Source of the DNA: Nitrospirota bacterium
Lineage (GTDB): Bacteria > Nitrospirota > UBA9217
Assembly (NCBI GenBank): GCA_963751455.1
Contig: CAVVUN010000006.1
Coordinates: 96,001 to 160,000 of the forward strand
DNA: 64,000 nucleotides
Direction of reading: 5' to 3'
The position numbers and the translations under genes were made by a program. The notes under the pieces are model-generated. The model did no database searches, was not told where the DNA came from, and worked only from the letters and a program-made list of their open reading frames with translations. Shown piece after piece: positions 1 to 10,049 of the stretch. How positions within the stretch are numbered: position 1 is the stretch's first letter; every line of letters begins with the position of its first letter.

Positions 1-142
1 GATCCTGCACAATCCTGTATGACGACGTACCCGCAGACATCGCGGCCTTTTGCTGAACGGACGCAAGGGATGACATCGGCGGCAGGATAAACCCGGCAAA
101 GTAGATCAGCAGGATCCATGAGCCTATTTTATGCAGTTTCAT
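1..142 (-). CDS. Partial CDS (runs off the window edge) with N-terminal hydrophobic segment
   Basis: Own translation from ATG at 142: MKLHKIGSWILLIYFAGFILPPMSSLASVQQK..., open to position 1; not in the ORF track. Confidence 0.55.
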   Translation of the reverse strand, partial: MKLHKIGSWILLIYFAGFILPPMSSLASVQQKAAMSAGTSSYRIVQD

Positions 143-297
143 ACTACGCATGGACTACTTTAACACGAGATCATTCATCGTGTAAATTAAATTCGAAGAC
201 CAGTTTCTTATTTCATTCGCTTTCAAATTCTTTTTCATCCTTTTTTCGTATCCAATTCCATATTTTATGGTATATTTTGCTACTCCGTGATTCCGTT

Positions 298-1776
298 TTA
301 TCTCCTATGTTTTCCCGCTAAATTAATCTTCAATTTCTGGCCCACACGCAGGTAACTATTCGGACGGATCCTGTTCAGTTGTGCAATTGCCCGGATGCTC
401 GTACGATAGCGCAGCGCAAGGAGAGAAAGAGTTTCCCCTCTCCTTACCCGGTGAAACAAGTAAGCTCTTTGCGGAGCCGTCCAGACCGGAATTGTGTCAA
501 GGCCCGAAAGCAGGATCCCGCCCATGCCCTGATGAACCTTAAGGGGATACGGCACGCCCGGCGTGACGTCGCGGCGCAGCTCCGGGTTCAATGCAGCGAG
601 TTCTTCGAATGAGACTTGAAGCGCTTCCGCTACCGACTTCAGGTGCACCTGTTTTTCGACTGTGACGACATCATAGCGCCGGGGTTCCTCTCCCTCTTCA
701 AGCACGATGCCGTAATGCAAAGGATCCTTCAATATGGCCAGTACGGCAAGAAAGCGCGGATAATTCCGCACAGTATCGTACGGGAGCCGGTCATACAAAA
801 CCCAGAAATTATCGAAGTAGTTTATCTTATGCTGACGGATCACATTCATTATCGCGCCTTCACCGTAATCGTAGGCTGCTAGAACCGGGGCCCAGTCTCC
901 GAATATGCTGTACAATTCCTTCAAATAGGCGATCGCAGCAAACGTGGATTTCGCGGGGTCCATTCTCTCGTCGAGCCACTCATTCCTCATAAGGCCGAAT
1001 TTATACCCAGTCGATGGGATAAATTGCCAGAGGCCGAGTGCACGGCTGCGCGAGAGCGTCTCGGGCCTGAACCCGCTTACAATTAAAGGAATCCATGACA
1101 GCTCTTCCGGCAGCCCTGCGTCCTTCAGTGCCCGCACGATTTCTCCGCGGTAACTGCGGGAACGTTTGTAGGCTTCAATAAAGGACGCCCGTTCTTGTTT
1201 TTTGAACCGCTCAATCTCGAGCTCCACATGCGTGTTTATCGTGAGCGGTATCGCGTTCCGGCTGCCGTTCCTCGCAATATACCGTGACGAGTATAGTTCG
1301 AGGATGCTTCGAGAAATCGTAAACCTGATTTCTTCTTTCTGCCGTATCAGTTTGGAATCGTCGCCGGGGTCAACCTGCAGGGTGAGGGCATATGCCTGGT
1401 CAAGGGATTCAAGCGCGTTATCCAGCTCTCCCCCTGCCAGATACTCCCGGGATGTTTCGGTGAGCTCAAGCGCCGCGTCAAGAGCAGATTGTTTGCCGCT
1501 GTCTATTTCCTCGCTTTCTTCGACATCCGCGCTATCGTTCGAGCGATCTCCGGAACCTGCTTTATCCGCGTCGCCGCCGCTTTTGTCCTCTCCGGAAAAG
1601 GCAATAGCCGGCGCTTCCTGCCCGGAAACCGTTTCCGGATGAATTCCGGGCATTGCCGCGTTCCGGCTGTCGGCATCTGCTGCTTTTGCCGAATAACAGC
1701 CGCTGATGAGCGCACCGGACACCAGCAGAGCTGACACGGTGAAAATAAATGTACTGATGGATTTGGAAATGGTCAT
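298..1776 (-). CDS. MltD-like lytic transglycosylase (SLT + LysM) lipoprotein; catalytic Glu appears replaced by Val
   Basis: GLWQFIPSTG SLT motif, DERMDP, C-terminal LysM (HRVRRGETLS...LRVGQKLKI), lipobox ISGC; IVSGF where IESGF is expected. Confidence 0.85.
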   Translation of the reverse strand: MTISKSISTFIFTVSALLVSGALISGCYSAKAADADSRNAAMPGIHPETVSGQEAPAIAFSGEDKSGGDADKAGSGDRSNDSADVEESEEIDSGKQSALDAALELTETSREYLAGGELDNALESLDQAYALTLQVDPGDDSKLIRQKEEIRFTISRSILELYSSRYIARNGSRNAIPLTINTHVELEIERFKKQERASFIEAYKRSRSYRGEIVRALKDAGLPEELSWIPLIVSGFRPETLSRSRALGLWQFIPSTGYKFGLMRNEWLDERMDPAKSTFAAIAYLKELYSIFGDWAPVLAAYDYGEGAIMNVIRQHKINYFDNFWVLYDRLPYDTVRNYPRFLAVLAILKDPLHYGIVLEEGEEPRRYDVVTVEKQVHLKSVAEALQVSFEELAALNPELRRDVTPGVPYPLKVHQGMGGILLSGLDTIPVWTAPQRAYLFHRVRRGETLSLLALRYRTSIRAIAQLNRIRPNSYLRVGQKLKINLAGKHRR

Positions 1777-1814
1777 GCCTCACCTTTCAGCTTTATCCGC
1801 GCGTAATGTACTGC

Positions 1815-2342
1815 TTACTCGGAGGCTGCTGTAAAATCGCCTCTTCTGTTTTCCTGACGGCAATCCTCGGTACTCTGGCTGCATACGGGCTTTTCCTTCC
1901 CATAACTGATAAGCAAAATGCGGGTTGACGAAATGCCGAGATCCGTTAAATATGTCTTTGCGCTCTTTGCCCTGCGCTGGCCGAGAGCCTGATTATATTC
2001 TCTGGTGCCGCGGTCGTCACAGTTGCCTTCTACACGGATCCTGACGCCGGGATTGGCCTTCAGCCACTGAGCATTCGCATGCATGACGGCCCGTGCCTCT
2101 TCGCGGATAACTGAGCTGTCGAAATCAAAGAACACGGGCTGTAGACCGGCTGTTCCGGCAGCCGCCCTCTCCTGAACTTCTTCTTTCCCCTCAGCCCCGG
2201 CCTCTGCCTCGGGAACCGGTGCAGGTTCAACCTTCTGCGCTTCAGGTATGGATGCGAGTTCGGCTTTCTTCGGACACCCCGAGAGAGAGAACAGACCCGC
2301 TGCAAGAACAAGCACAAAACAGAACATCTTCAAAGTCTTCAT
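1815..2342 (-). CDS. pal: Peptidoglycan-associated lipoprotein Pal (OmpA-like domain)
   Basis: Lipobox LSGC, VFFDFDSS, VEGNCDDRGTREYNQALGQRRA, SYGKEKP; ATG 2342 follows an AAGGAGG RBS. Confidence 0.92.
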   Translation of the reverse strand: MKTLKMFCFVLVLAAGLFSLSGCPKKAELASIPEAQKVEPAPVPEAEAGAEGKEEVQERAAAGTAGLQPVFFDFDSSVIREEARAVMHANAQWLKANPGVRIRVEGNCDDRGTREYNQALGQRRAKSAKTYLTDLGISSTRILLISYGKEKPVCSQSTEDCRQENRRGDFTAASE

Positions 2343-2542
2343 AGAATCCTCCTTGGTATAGTATGGAAACAAGATGCCAATTGTATCATCCATGATCGGA
2401 GTTCAGCTTAACCCGTCAGGGTGCCAACCACGGCGAAGGTCACCGGCTGATGTGATACAGCATGCTATTTTTTTAAATTGGGCATGAGCGACGGGCAATA
2501 GAACGCGTTTTCATTTCAGCGCTTCCTTCGGAGTCGGGAGAA

Positions 2543-2962
2543 TTACGCAGAGGGAGGTGATATACCTGAATGGTAGTATGGAAATCCGTTCGGACAGTTT
2601 GAGGTGTCATCCGGGATTTGCAAGGGAACAATTGAAATTTTGAATGAAGACTCGAAATCGGAGAATTTGGCGTAATGCGGAAATAACTTTTCTATTATAT
2701 CTTTGAATGAGGGCGCAATTGCCCGTTTCTTTTTCAGGAGAACATGTCCTGCTGACGAATCATCTGCATCTTGATCTTCGGCAGGAACAAACCGCAGATT
2801 TTGTTCAAGGACCTGCAACTGAACATGCGTGAGAGAGGTGTAATTATGATCTGACAATGTTTCTTGTTGTGCGCTTCTCGTTGAGTATAACAAAGGCAAA
2901 AGTGCATAAAAGAGATAAAAGCTGAGCACCAATACATTTATGAATTTATCTCTTCTGTTCAT
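2543..2962 (-). CDS. Small protein with N-terminal TM helix and C-terminal HSGISPP motif (possible leader/arrest peptide)
   Basis: 139 aa ORF upstream of pal; hydrophobic N-terminus, LLKKKRA, ends YHSGISPPSA. Confidence 0.6.
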   Translation of the reverse strand: MNRRDKFINVLVLSFYLFYALLPLLYSTRSAQQETLSDHNYTSLTHVQLQVLEQNLRFVPAEDQDADDSSAGHVLLKKKRAIAPSFKDIIEKLFPHYAKFSDFESSFKISIVPLQIPDDTSNCPNGFPYYHSGISPPSA

Positions 2963-3094
2963 TGCACTTTAGTAATAACCGGTGTCCGGCAAATTGTCAA
3001 GCTCATTTTGGCGGCGCGCCTCCGCGAGAAGAGGCGGAACAACGATAAGGTTTCTGGACTCTCAGGAATGATCTCAAGCAGCTATCACGTTCAT

Positions 3095-4462
3095 TTACGT
3101 AGTATCCTTTGCTTTTCCGAAGTATTTTTTTAGTTTGTCAATCCGGACGAGCACCGCTGTGCTGACGGTTTTCTTTCTCAGTTGGAAGTGAATGTCGCCG
3201 GTGTCCCTCATCTCGCTGCCTGTCTGCACTGACAGCGAAGACGACTTTGCGAGCGCAAGGACCTGGCTCGGGTAAACGCTGCGGTGTCCGGTCATGAGAT
3301 AGCTGATGATGCAGGCCACAGCGGCATACGGCGCTACTTCAGGTCCGAAAAGCTCTATAGCCATGATGCTCGCGGAGATCGGAGTATTTGCAGCTCCGGC
3401 AAGAAGAGCGACCATTCCGATTGAAGAAAACAAAGTCAAATCGAAACCCATAACGCTGCCAAAGGCGCTTCCGGCAGTCGACCCCACGAAGAATATGGGA
3501 GTGACGATCCCGCCGCTGCCGCCGAACCCGAGGGTGATCGCCGTAAACAGCATCTTGAGAACAAAAGCGCCTGCAGGGGCATCTCTTCCTTCAAGTACGT
3601 TCTTTATCGTGTCCAGGCCGAGGCCAAGATAATACGTCGAAAACAGAAGCGAAAGCCCGACCAGGACGATACCGCCGATTAAGCCCTTGTATGGCGTCCA
3701 GACCTTCAGCCTGCGGCCCAGTCGATGGAACAGACCCAGCATTTCAATAAGCATAAGCGAACAGAGGCCGAAGAACAATCCGGCGAGAGAGACTTTCAGA
3801 AAAAAGAAGCCGCTGAATGCGGGAATCACGCAGTGCAGTCCATGGAAGTAAGTTACCCCCAGTGCAGTGGAAACCTGATATCCTACTATCCCGGCAACAA
3901 AAGACGGGAGCAGCACATCGTACAGCATGCTCCCTACGAACAGTACTTCAACTCCAAACAGCGCGCCTGCAATGGGTGTACCGAAGACCGTTGCGAAGCC
4001 TGCGCTGATCCCGCAGATAACCAGTTTTTTCCTGTCCCTGTCCCCGAAGCGAAATAATCGGGAAAAACCCGAGGAAAGAGCGGCCCCGATCTGGGCTGCC
4101 GGTCCTTCCTTCCCGGCGGAACCGCCGAAAGCTATGGTAATGACGGTGGCCACGAGCTTGACGGGAACGACCGCAAGCTTCATTCTTCCGGAATGCCGGT
4201 GCACGGCCTCGATAATCTTCTCCGTACCATGACCTTCAGCATCAGGGGCAAATACTTTTACGATGAGGGCGCTGAAAAACAGCGCGGCCGGCAGTAACAG
4301 ATAATAGGACTGATAGCCACCGGCGCAGGAAATACCGAGGCCGAGCGCCTTCAGAAAAACGGTTGTGGAAATCCCAACGATGACACCGATGCAGGTAGCC
4401 AGAAGCAGCCATTTCACGATGCTGATAAAAAGAACCGATTCCTCGACTATTTTTTCTCTCAT
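3095..4462 (-). CDS. ClC-family chloride channel/antiporter
   Basis: GSAGKEGP, FGTPIAGALF, GGSGGIVTPIF motifs; many TM helices; likely start MREKIVEE at 4462. Confidence 0.9.
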   Translation of the reverse strand: MREKIVEESVLFISIVKWLLLATCIGVIVGISTTVFLKALGLGISCAGGYQSYYLLLPAALFFSALIVKVFAPDAEGHGTEKIIEAVHRHSGRMKLAVVPVKLVATVITIAFGGSAGKEGPAAQIGAALSSGFSRLFRFGDRDRKKLVICGISAGFATVFGTPIAGALFGVEVLFVGSMLYDVLLPSFVAGIVGYQVSTALGVTYFHGLHCVIPAFSGFFFLKVSLAGLFFGLCSLMLIEMLGLFHRLGRRLKVWTPYKGLIGGIVLVGLSLLFSTYYLGLGLDTIKNVLEGRDAPAGAFVLKMLFTAITLGFGGSGGIVTPIFFVGSTAGSAFGSVMGFDLTLFSSIGMVALLAGAANTPISASIMAIELFGPEVAPYAAVACIISYLMTGHRSVYPSQVLALAKSSSLSVQTGSEMRDTGDIHFQLRKKTVSTAVLVRIDKLKKYFGKAKDTT

Positions 4463-4691
4463 ACCGACCCGGGGCTTAACGGTAAAATCCCATCCGTTGA
4501 TAGAAAAAACGGGCGCCGAAGGCATGGCAATCTTCGGCACCGCAAATGATACAGTGCTGCAGCTGATGCAATCCGGAGGGGAAACTTACCCGGATCTGAT
4601 TCTGCCACTTTGGAATCCTTTCTCGACTGCACTGAAAATATTTCCCATTTCCGTTTTTTAAAGTATAATTGCAATACGTCGTTTGTTCAAT

Positions 4692-4711
4692 TTAGTTTGT
4701 ACACAAATTAA
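4692..4711. promoter_or_regulatory. Palindromic operator, probable MarR-family binding site
   Basis: TTAGTTTGT-AC-ACAAATTAA inverted repeat between the divergent clc and marR genes. Confidence 0.6.
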
Positions 4712-4822
4712 TATCACTACGGTTCACCTTTGTCAAGGACCAGTTTTCTTACAGAGGGGATGATTATTCGCGTGACGGGAAGGCGTGTAAAGATTTTACC
4801 GGAGAATAAAGGGAGACGCAGC

Positions 4823-5365
4823 ATGGGGGAAAGAACCGATACTGTAGCGGATATTATCGACAACATCCGGCGGGTTTTTCAGGTCGTCAATGAACATTCA
4901 AAACGTGCTGAGCGTTCAACCGGCATAACAGGTCCGCAATTATGGGCCATCAAAACGATTGCCGATGGAGCGCCCATTATGGTATCTGAAATCGCATCAA
5001 GAATGCACCTGCATGCAGCAACTGTGGTAGGCATACTGGACCGCCTGGAAGCACGCGGCCTTGTCCTGCGCGTCCGCTCCTTTCAAGACCGCCGGGTCGT
5101 CCGGGTCGAGCTGACCGATCAGGGGAAAAGACTGGTCAAAAAAGCGCCTGAAGTGGCCCAGGGACTTCTCGTGGCCGGACTGGAGCGGCTAAAAACAAAG
5201 CAGCTCAAAAATATTGCGGTAAGTCTCGATGAACTTGTGGAAATTCTGGGAGCCCAGGGAATACCGCCCAAACTGATCCTCTCGCCCGAAGTGAACAAAC
5301 CGGTAAAAGGCAGGTCGAAACTGAAACTGTCCGGAAAGAAGCCGCGGTCTCGCAGCCCAAAATAG
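4823..5365 (+). CDS. MarR-family transcriptional regulator
   Basis: GITGPQLWAI, TVVGILDRLEARGLV, DRRVVRVELT winged-helix motifs. Confidence 0.92.
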   Translation: MGERTDTVADIIDNIRRVFQVVNEHSKRAERSTGITGPQLWAIKTIADGAPIMVSEIASRMHLHAATVVGILDRLEARGLVLRVRSFQDRRVVRVELTDQGKRLVKKAPEVAQGLLVAGLERLKTKQLKNIAVSLDELVEILGAQGIPPKLILSPEVNKPVKGRSKLKLSGKKPRSRSPK

Positions 5366-5409
5366 GCAGGCGATGCAGCATACAATCTCTTTACGGTAAC
5401 CTCCATCAA

Positions 5410-5443
5410 AAGAGAGCCGGGAGTGTAATATTCCGGCTCTCTT
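5410..5443. terminator. Hairpin terminator between convergent genes
   Basis: AAGAGAGCCGG...CCGGCTCTCTT stem. Confidence 0.6.
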
Positions 5444-5473
5444 CCTCTGTATATCCTGACAAGCCCCCTAAAA

Positions 5474-5842
5474 TCACGCCGCTTTCATCATCTTGGCCAT
5501 CTGGCGGCAGGTATCGGCACAGGCCCTGCACTTCTGGGCACAGTCCTTCATCTGGTCGTCACCTTGGAACTGGTCGCAGCTTTTCGCGCATTGTTCACAG
5601 ACATCCGCACATATTCCGCAGATCTGGCCGTGAAACGGCGATTCCCGCAGCATGTAGTCTGCGCTTATATCGCAAATCCTGGCGCAATCAATAAGCAACC
5701 CCATGTGTGAGGCCTCTACGTGCTTTCCTCCCATATGACTGCAGTAATTGATCGATTCAAGACAACTGCTTGCGCACGCAGTCGCGTTTGCGATGGCCCG
5801 CTGCATGGTGGTGTCCATTCTGCTCATCACGGTTTGTGCCAT
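5474..5842 (-). CDS. Cys-rich four-helix-bundle copper storage protein (Csp3/DUF326-like)
   Basis: Repeated CxxxC/CxxC (DCARIC, CADVCEQCAKSC, CAQKCRACADTC). Confidence 0.88.
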   Translation of the reverse strand: MAQTVMSRMDTTMQRAIANATACASSCLESINYCSHMGGKHVEASHMGLLIDCARICDISADYMLRESPFHGQICGICADVCEQCAKSCDQFQGDDQMKDCAQKCRACADTCRQMAKMMKAA

Positions 5843-6030
5843 TTCTTCCTCCTTTTTTGAGAGCCGGCTTTAACCGGTTCGTTTTCCTCTTGCAGAGAAT
5901 ACTCTCCTTTGCATCCACTTGTTAATAGAGCTAGCACATCCGCGCTCAGATATCAACCTCGTCACGCAATAGGTATGATGAAAGACTATGGATGTGGAAG
6001 AATGATTTTCTTTCTGTGATACAATCGGAT

Positions 6031-6351
6031 ATGAAGATCGGACGCAGAATCCTCGGCAAAACCGGAGTTGACATAAGCATGTTGGGTCTGGGGGGCAAAG
6101 GAGTGCTTCGGACGTACGGGTACGACAAGAAAGCGTATGCGCTGATAAATCGCGCTCTTGATCTCGGCGTTAACTACTACTGTGAATCAGCACGGGCATA
6201 TTCAGGGAGCGAGGCATATTACGGCAGGGCGCTGAAAGAGCGGCGCAATGGGATATTCCTGACAAGCAAGTCGCATGCGCGTGACAAGGTTGAAGCCCTC
6301 AACCACCTTCAGCAGACATTAAAGAATATGAAGACGGACCATCTGGACCTC
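6031..6351 (+). pseudogene. Truncated aldo/keto reductase; 5' copy of the gene at 41501-42334
   Basis: Near-identical protein to the full AKR up to DHLDL, then unrelated sequence. Confidence 0.85.
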
Positions 6352-6427
6352 AGAAGGTTTCCTCTCTTCATGCCGCTGCTGAATTTCCCTTCCGAGCTCT
6401 ATTTTCTTTCTTGCCCAAAGCTTGTCA

Positions 6428-6826
6428 TTACCGGGCGTCAACATTAAAGGTATTGGTCATCGCCGGCTTTCCCGGCTGGGTGACAGTTACATCCGTTTTC
6501 CAGCCTCCTTCCATGGCCGCATTTGCTGTAAACATGTATTTGTCACCATGCAGCATTGCCTGAGTCATGGTCTCCATGGGCGCCATTCCGGGCATCGGCG
6601 GCATATAAAAACGCACGTCCACCTTTGCATCCGTCACTGCCTTTCCTGACGCATCACTCACTTTGACAGTCATTTTGTTATCGCCCTTCACGAGCGGATA
6701 GCTCTCTGCTTTCAGCGTGATGTTCATTCCGCCGGTGCTCTTCTGGGATTCGTAACCCCTGGAGCATGCGCCTAAAACCACGAGCGAAACTGCTAATACA
6801 AAAACCGGCAAGATATTCCTTTTCAT
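6428..6826 (-). CDS. YtkA/FixH-like lipoprotein (Met-rich, metal-efflux associated)
   Basis: Lipobox LGAC; YMPPMPGMAPM, MEGGWK. Confidence 0.75.
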   Translation of the reverse strand: MKRNILPVFVLAVSLVVLGACSRGYESQKSTGGMNITLKAESYPLVKGDNKMTVKVSDASGKAVTDAKVDVRFYMPPMPGMAPMETMTQAMLHGDKYMFTANAAMEGGWKTDVTVTQPGKPAMTNTFNVDAR

Positions 6827-6884
6827 GTTTCTAAAACCTCCTGTTTTTTAATTTATGAGCTCGCACTATTTACAACAATGTATT

Positions 6885-6899
6885 GCAACCGATATGCCA
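6885..6899 (-). promoter_or_regulatory. Sigma54 (-24/-12) promoter of the YtkA-like gene
   Basis: TGGCAT-N5-TTGC on the minus strand with canonical spacing. Confidence 0.65.
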
Positions 6900-7115
6900 G
6901 AATATTTTCTTTTAAATACGGTTATTTTCAAATTTAGATTTCGGATTATTGTATCTGGTCGTTATAAAGCTGCAGGATATCCTACAATTGTTTCATCAGA
7001 AATTGTCAAAAACAGCATCCGAGCCCTGCATTCTACCCCAGGGTTGACATTTACTCCCGCTGGTGCTGCAATCATTAGTAATTGGTAATCACAACGGCAC
7101 GTGGAGGTTACAACC

Positions 7116-8741
7116 ATGAGCAACTCGGGCACTCCGGGTATTCTCCAGGGTGCACTGGCCGGCGCTATGCTGACTGCAGCGCTGATCGCTGTCTTTTATG
7201 CGGGATGGCGGCTTGCGGACCTGCCCTTTGTCCCGTTTGATCTGTTCGACTGGCTTACCCGCGTACTGCCCGGGGCAATCATCGAATTCGTAATCGGCAT
7301 CATGGTCAGTGCCATTCGCGGCTTGCACCTTGGACCGACTTCCGTTGTTGCCAAGCTGATCGAGCAGGCCATGGGGATCGCCAACCTGTTTATCTCAGGC
7401 GTTGTTGCGGGCGCTGTTCTCTTCAGTGTGCTGCGAGCGCTTCGGGGACGCTACGCGTACCTGCTGGGATTCGTCCTGGGATTGATCGCTGCTATACCGG
7501 CGGTGCTGATCAGTTCCTTTCCCGGGAAGACAGCAGCGGCCCCGCCGACAGTCAGCGCGCTCTGGATCCTGGCGGTCTTTGTCTTATGGGGCATGGCGCT
7601 CAGTGCGGTTTATCAGCGGCTGGCGGCCATCAGCGCCCTTGTCGGCCCGGAATCAGACGTTCAGGCGGCCGTTCACCGGGTAAACCGGCGTCAATTTTTG
7701 ATCAAGCTTGCCGGATACACGGCGACCATTACCGTAAGCGGAGCAGTGCTCGGCATGCTGTCGGAACGCCACAGCCGTATGAGGTTGGCGAGCCTCAAGA
7801 CCTGGTCCGCGACTCATGTCCTGCCGAACGCTGACGCCGCTGTGAAGCCTGCGCCCGGCACCCGGCCCGAATATACTCCCCTGGAACGGCATTACCGTAT
7901 CGATATCAATACAATCCCGCCGAGAATCGACGGCCAGAGCTGGAGACTCGAGGTCAAGGGACTGATCGAACAGCCCCTGTCCCTTACGCTTGATCAGCTC
8001 CGGCAGTACGAACCCACACACCAGTTCATCACCCTTTCCTGCATCTCAAACCCGGTCGGCGGCGATCTTATCGGCACGACCCGCTGGACCGGGGTCAGCC
8101 TGAAGCGCCTCCTGCCGGACCTCCACCTGAAGCCCAATGCAACCCATCTGAAGCTCCGGTCAGCTGACCGTTTCTGGGAGGTCATACCGATCGAGACAAT
8201 CAATGCGGACGAACGGCTGATGCTGGTCTACGCCTGGGACGGAGTTCCGCTTCTTGAGAAACACGGCTTTCCGCTGCGGGTCTATATTCCCGACATACAC
8301 GGGATGAAGCAGCCCAAGTGGATCGAGTCCATCGAGGCAACGGGCCAATGGGAACCGGGCTACTGGGTGGTCCGCGGCTGGGACCGGGTCGCTCGCATGA
8401 AGGCGACGTCGGTCATCGACGCTGTGGCCGTGGATATGGACATCATCAACGCCACTCCTGAAATGCGCGTGCCCATCGGCGGAATTGCTCACGCAGGGGC
8501 GCGCGCGATCTCGAAGGTCGAAGTGCGGGTCGACAACGGCCCCTGGCAGCAGGCCTTGCTGCGCACGCCGCTATCGGACCTGACCTGGGTCATCTGGCGC
8601 TTTGACTGGCCCTTCAAACCCGGCGAGCATACGTTCACGGTACGCTGTTATGACGGGAACGGCGCTCCGCAGATCATTGACTCAAGACCGCCTGCGCCCA
8701 ATGGAGCTTCAGGCCTTCACCGGAAAACACAGAAGTTCTGA
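7116..8741 (+). CDS. Membrane-anchored sulfite-oxidase-family molybdopterin oxidoreductase
   Basis: N-terminal TM domain, internal Tat-like NRRQFL, ITLSCISNPVGG, HGFPLRV, GMKQPKW, GYW, Mo-co dimer domain. Confidence 0.88.
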   Translation: MSNSGTPGILQGALAGAMLTAALIAVFYAGWRLADLPFVPFDLFDWLTRVLPGAIIEFVIGIMVSAIRGLHLGPTSVVAKLIEQAMGIANLFISGVVAGAVLFSVLRALRGRYAYLLGFVLGLIAAIPAVLISSFPGKTAAAPPTVSALWILAVFVLWGMALSAVYQRLAAISALVGPESDVQAAVHRVNRRQFLIKLAGYTATITVSGAVLGMLSERHSRMRLASLKTWSATHVLPNADAAVKPAPGTRPEYTPLERHYRIDINTIPPRIDGQSWRLEVKGLIEQPLSLTLDQLRQYEPTHQFITLSCISNPVGGDLIGTTRWTGVSLKRLLPDLHLKPNATHLKLRSADRFWEVIPIETINADERLMLVYAWDGVPLLEKHGFPLRVYIPDIHGMKQPKWIESIEATGQWEPGYWVVRGWDRVARMKATSVIDAVAVDMDIINATPEMRVPIGGIAHAGARAISKVEVRVDNGPWQQALLRTPLSDLTWVIWRFDWPFKPGEHTFTVRCYDGNGAPQIIDSRPPAPNGASGLHRKTQKF

Positions 8742-8784
8742 GCCGCAGTATAATATTCTGTGTCGATAATAACGATAATTTTTA

Positions 8785-8952
8785 GTAACTACTCAGGTCA
8801 TTTCTTCATCCGCAGATTACGCAGATTTCGCAGATAAAAACAAAACCCGAATTCTGGTTTTAAAATCTGCGTCCATCTGCGAAATCTGCGGATAGAAGGT
8901 TTTTTCTCAGACTTTGTCTTAATGCCGTTCTAAAAAGAAGCTGAATTGTTAC
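8785..8952 (+). mobile_element. MITE family A copy 1 (TIR GTAACTACTCAG...CTGAATTGTTAC) with 8-bp target duplication
   Basis: AATTTTTA at 8777-8784 and 8953-8960; internal CGCAGATTA-periodic hairpin; further copies at 27188 and 37328. Confidence 0.85.
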
Positions 8953-9088
8953 AATTTTTAAAACATAATGAAACAATGTGTGACCTTGCTCAGAAATTTG
9001 AGCTATTTTTATCTTTTTGTTTGACAATACAACCATAGTTTGATAATTATGCGAATAAAGTTAACGAGTCATCCTGAAAAAAGCAGTT

Positions 9089-9220
9089 GGACACGGATAA
9101 AATCTGATCAACACGGATTTATAGGAAGTTACGAACAGTAATGGATTCACCCAAAAGGCGAGATGGCTTTTTGCTCTATCACATTGTTTTGATCCGCTGT
9201 TTCCGTGTTCATCCGTGTTC
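9089..9220. repeat. 9-nt-periodic palindromic repeat (ACACGGAT type)
   Basis: GGACACGGATAAAATCTGATCAACACGGAT ... ATCCGCTGTTTCCGTGTTCATCCGTGTTC inverted arms. Confidence 0.6.
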
Positions 9221-9313
9221 AAATGCCGTTTTTAGGGTCATGCATATGTATATGTTTTCATGAAGACGACCCAGCTTTAAAAATCTAAAAGCATATTCTA
9301 AAGGAGGGTACTT

Positions 9314-9970
9314 GTGAAGAAATCCGTATTGAGCTTATCCATGATAACGGTTGCGGTATTTTTGTTTTTAGCGGGATGTAATGGGGGCGATAGCGGGTCT
9401 TCCGGAGGTGGAGGGGCATCAGAGAAGTATGCGCCGCACACTACGGGAAGCACCTGGAACTATTCCTCGGTCTCAAGTTCTTCGACATATACTTTTACCG
9501 TCTCGATTACCGGCTCATCGGACACAGCCTATACACAGAAGTATATAAGTTCCCTGGATTCGGAATATTCGATTTCGAATTATGTTTTTTCAAACAACGT
9601 ATGGGGACTCTCCACCGCAATTGATTATAATTCTGTTGGCGGCGTTATTTCATCCACAACCTGGAGTCCTCCCTGCCCCACGTTCCTCCCTTCCAATATA
9701 GACACTGGGACTCACGAAACGTACAACCTTACCGTCGATTCCGGTACGCCGGGATCTGCAACCATGGATATTACCGTTATCGGATATGAAAATGTAACTG
9801 TGCCGGCGGGAACGTTCAACAATGCGGTAAAAATCTCTTACACTTATACGTTGCCCGGAGGCTGGGGACCGACCTCCTGGACCTCCTGGTTCGCCGAGGG
9901 TGTAGGCGTTGTGAAGAACGTGTATGGCGACGGCGAGACAGAGCAATTAATGAGCTATTCAATTAAGTAA
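9314..9970 (+). CDS. Hypothetical lipoprotein (VTVPAGTF motif)
   Basis: RBS AAGGAGG, lipobox LAGC, ENVTVPAGTF and WFAEGVGVVK. Confidence 0.8.
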   Translation: MKKSVLSLSMITVAVFLFLAGCNGGDSGSSGGGGASEKYAPHTTGSTWNYSSVSSSSTYTFTVSITGSSDTAYTQKYISSLDSEYSISNYVFSNNVWGLSTAIDYNSVGGVISSTTWSPPCPTFLPSNIDTGTHETYNLTVDSGTPGSATMDITVIGYENVTVPAGTFNNAVKISYTYTLPGGWGPTSWTSWFAEGVGVVKNVYGDGETEQLMSYSIK

Positions 9971-10015
9971 GTGATTCCGTCGAGAGCAACAGCGTTCATC
10001 ACAATCACTTCCATC

Positions 10016-10049
10016 AAAAAAGGCTTAGGTGAAAACCTAAGTCTTTTTT
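10016..10049 (+). terminator. Rho-independent terminator
   Basis: AAAAAAGGCTTAGGT-GAAA-ACCTAAGTCTTTTTT. Confidence 0.7.

Noticed and set aside
3095-4730. Fluoride exporter (CLC-F) with fluoride riboswitch
   Set aside because: CLC-F signatures GNNLI/GREGT are absent and I see no crcB-motif sequence upstream
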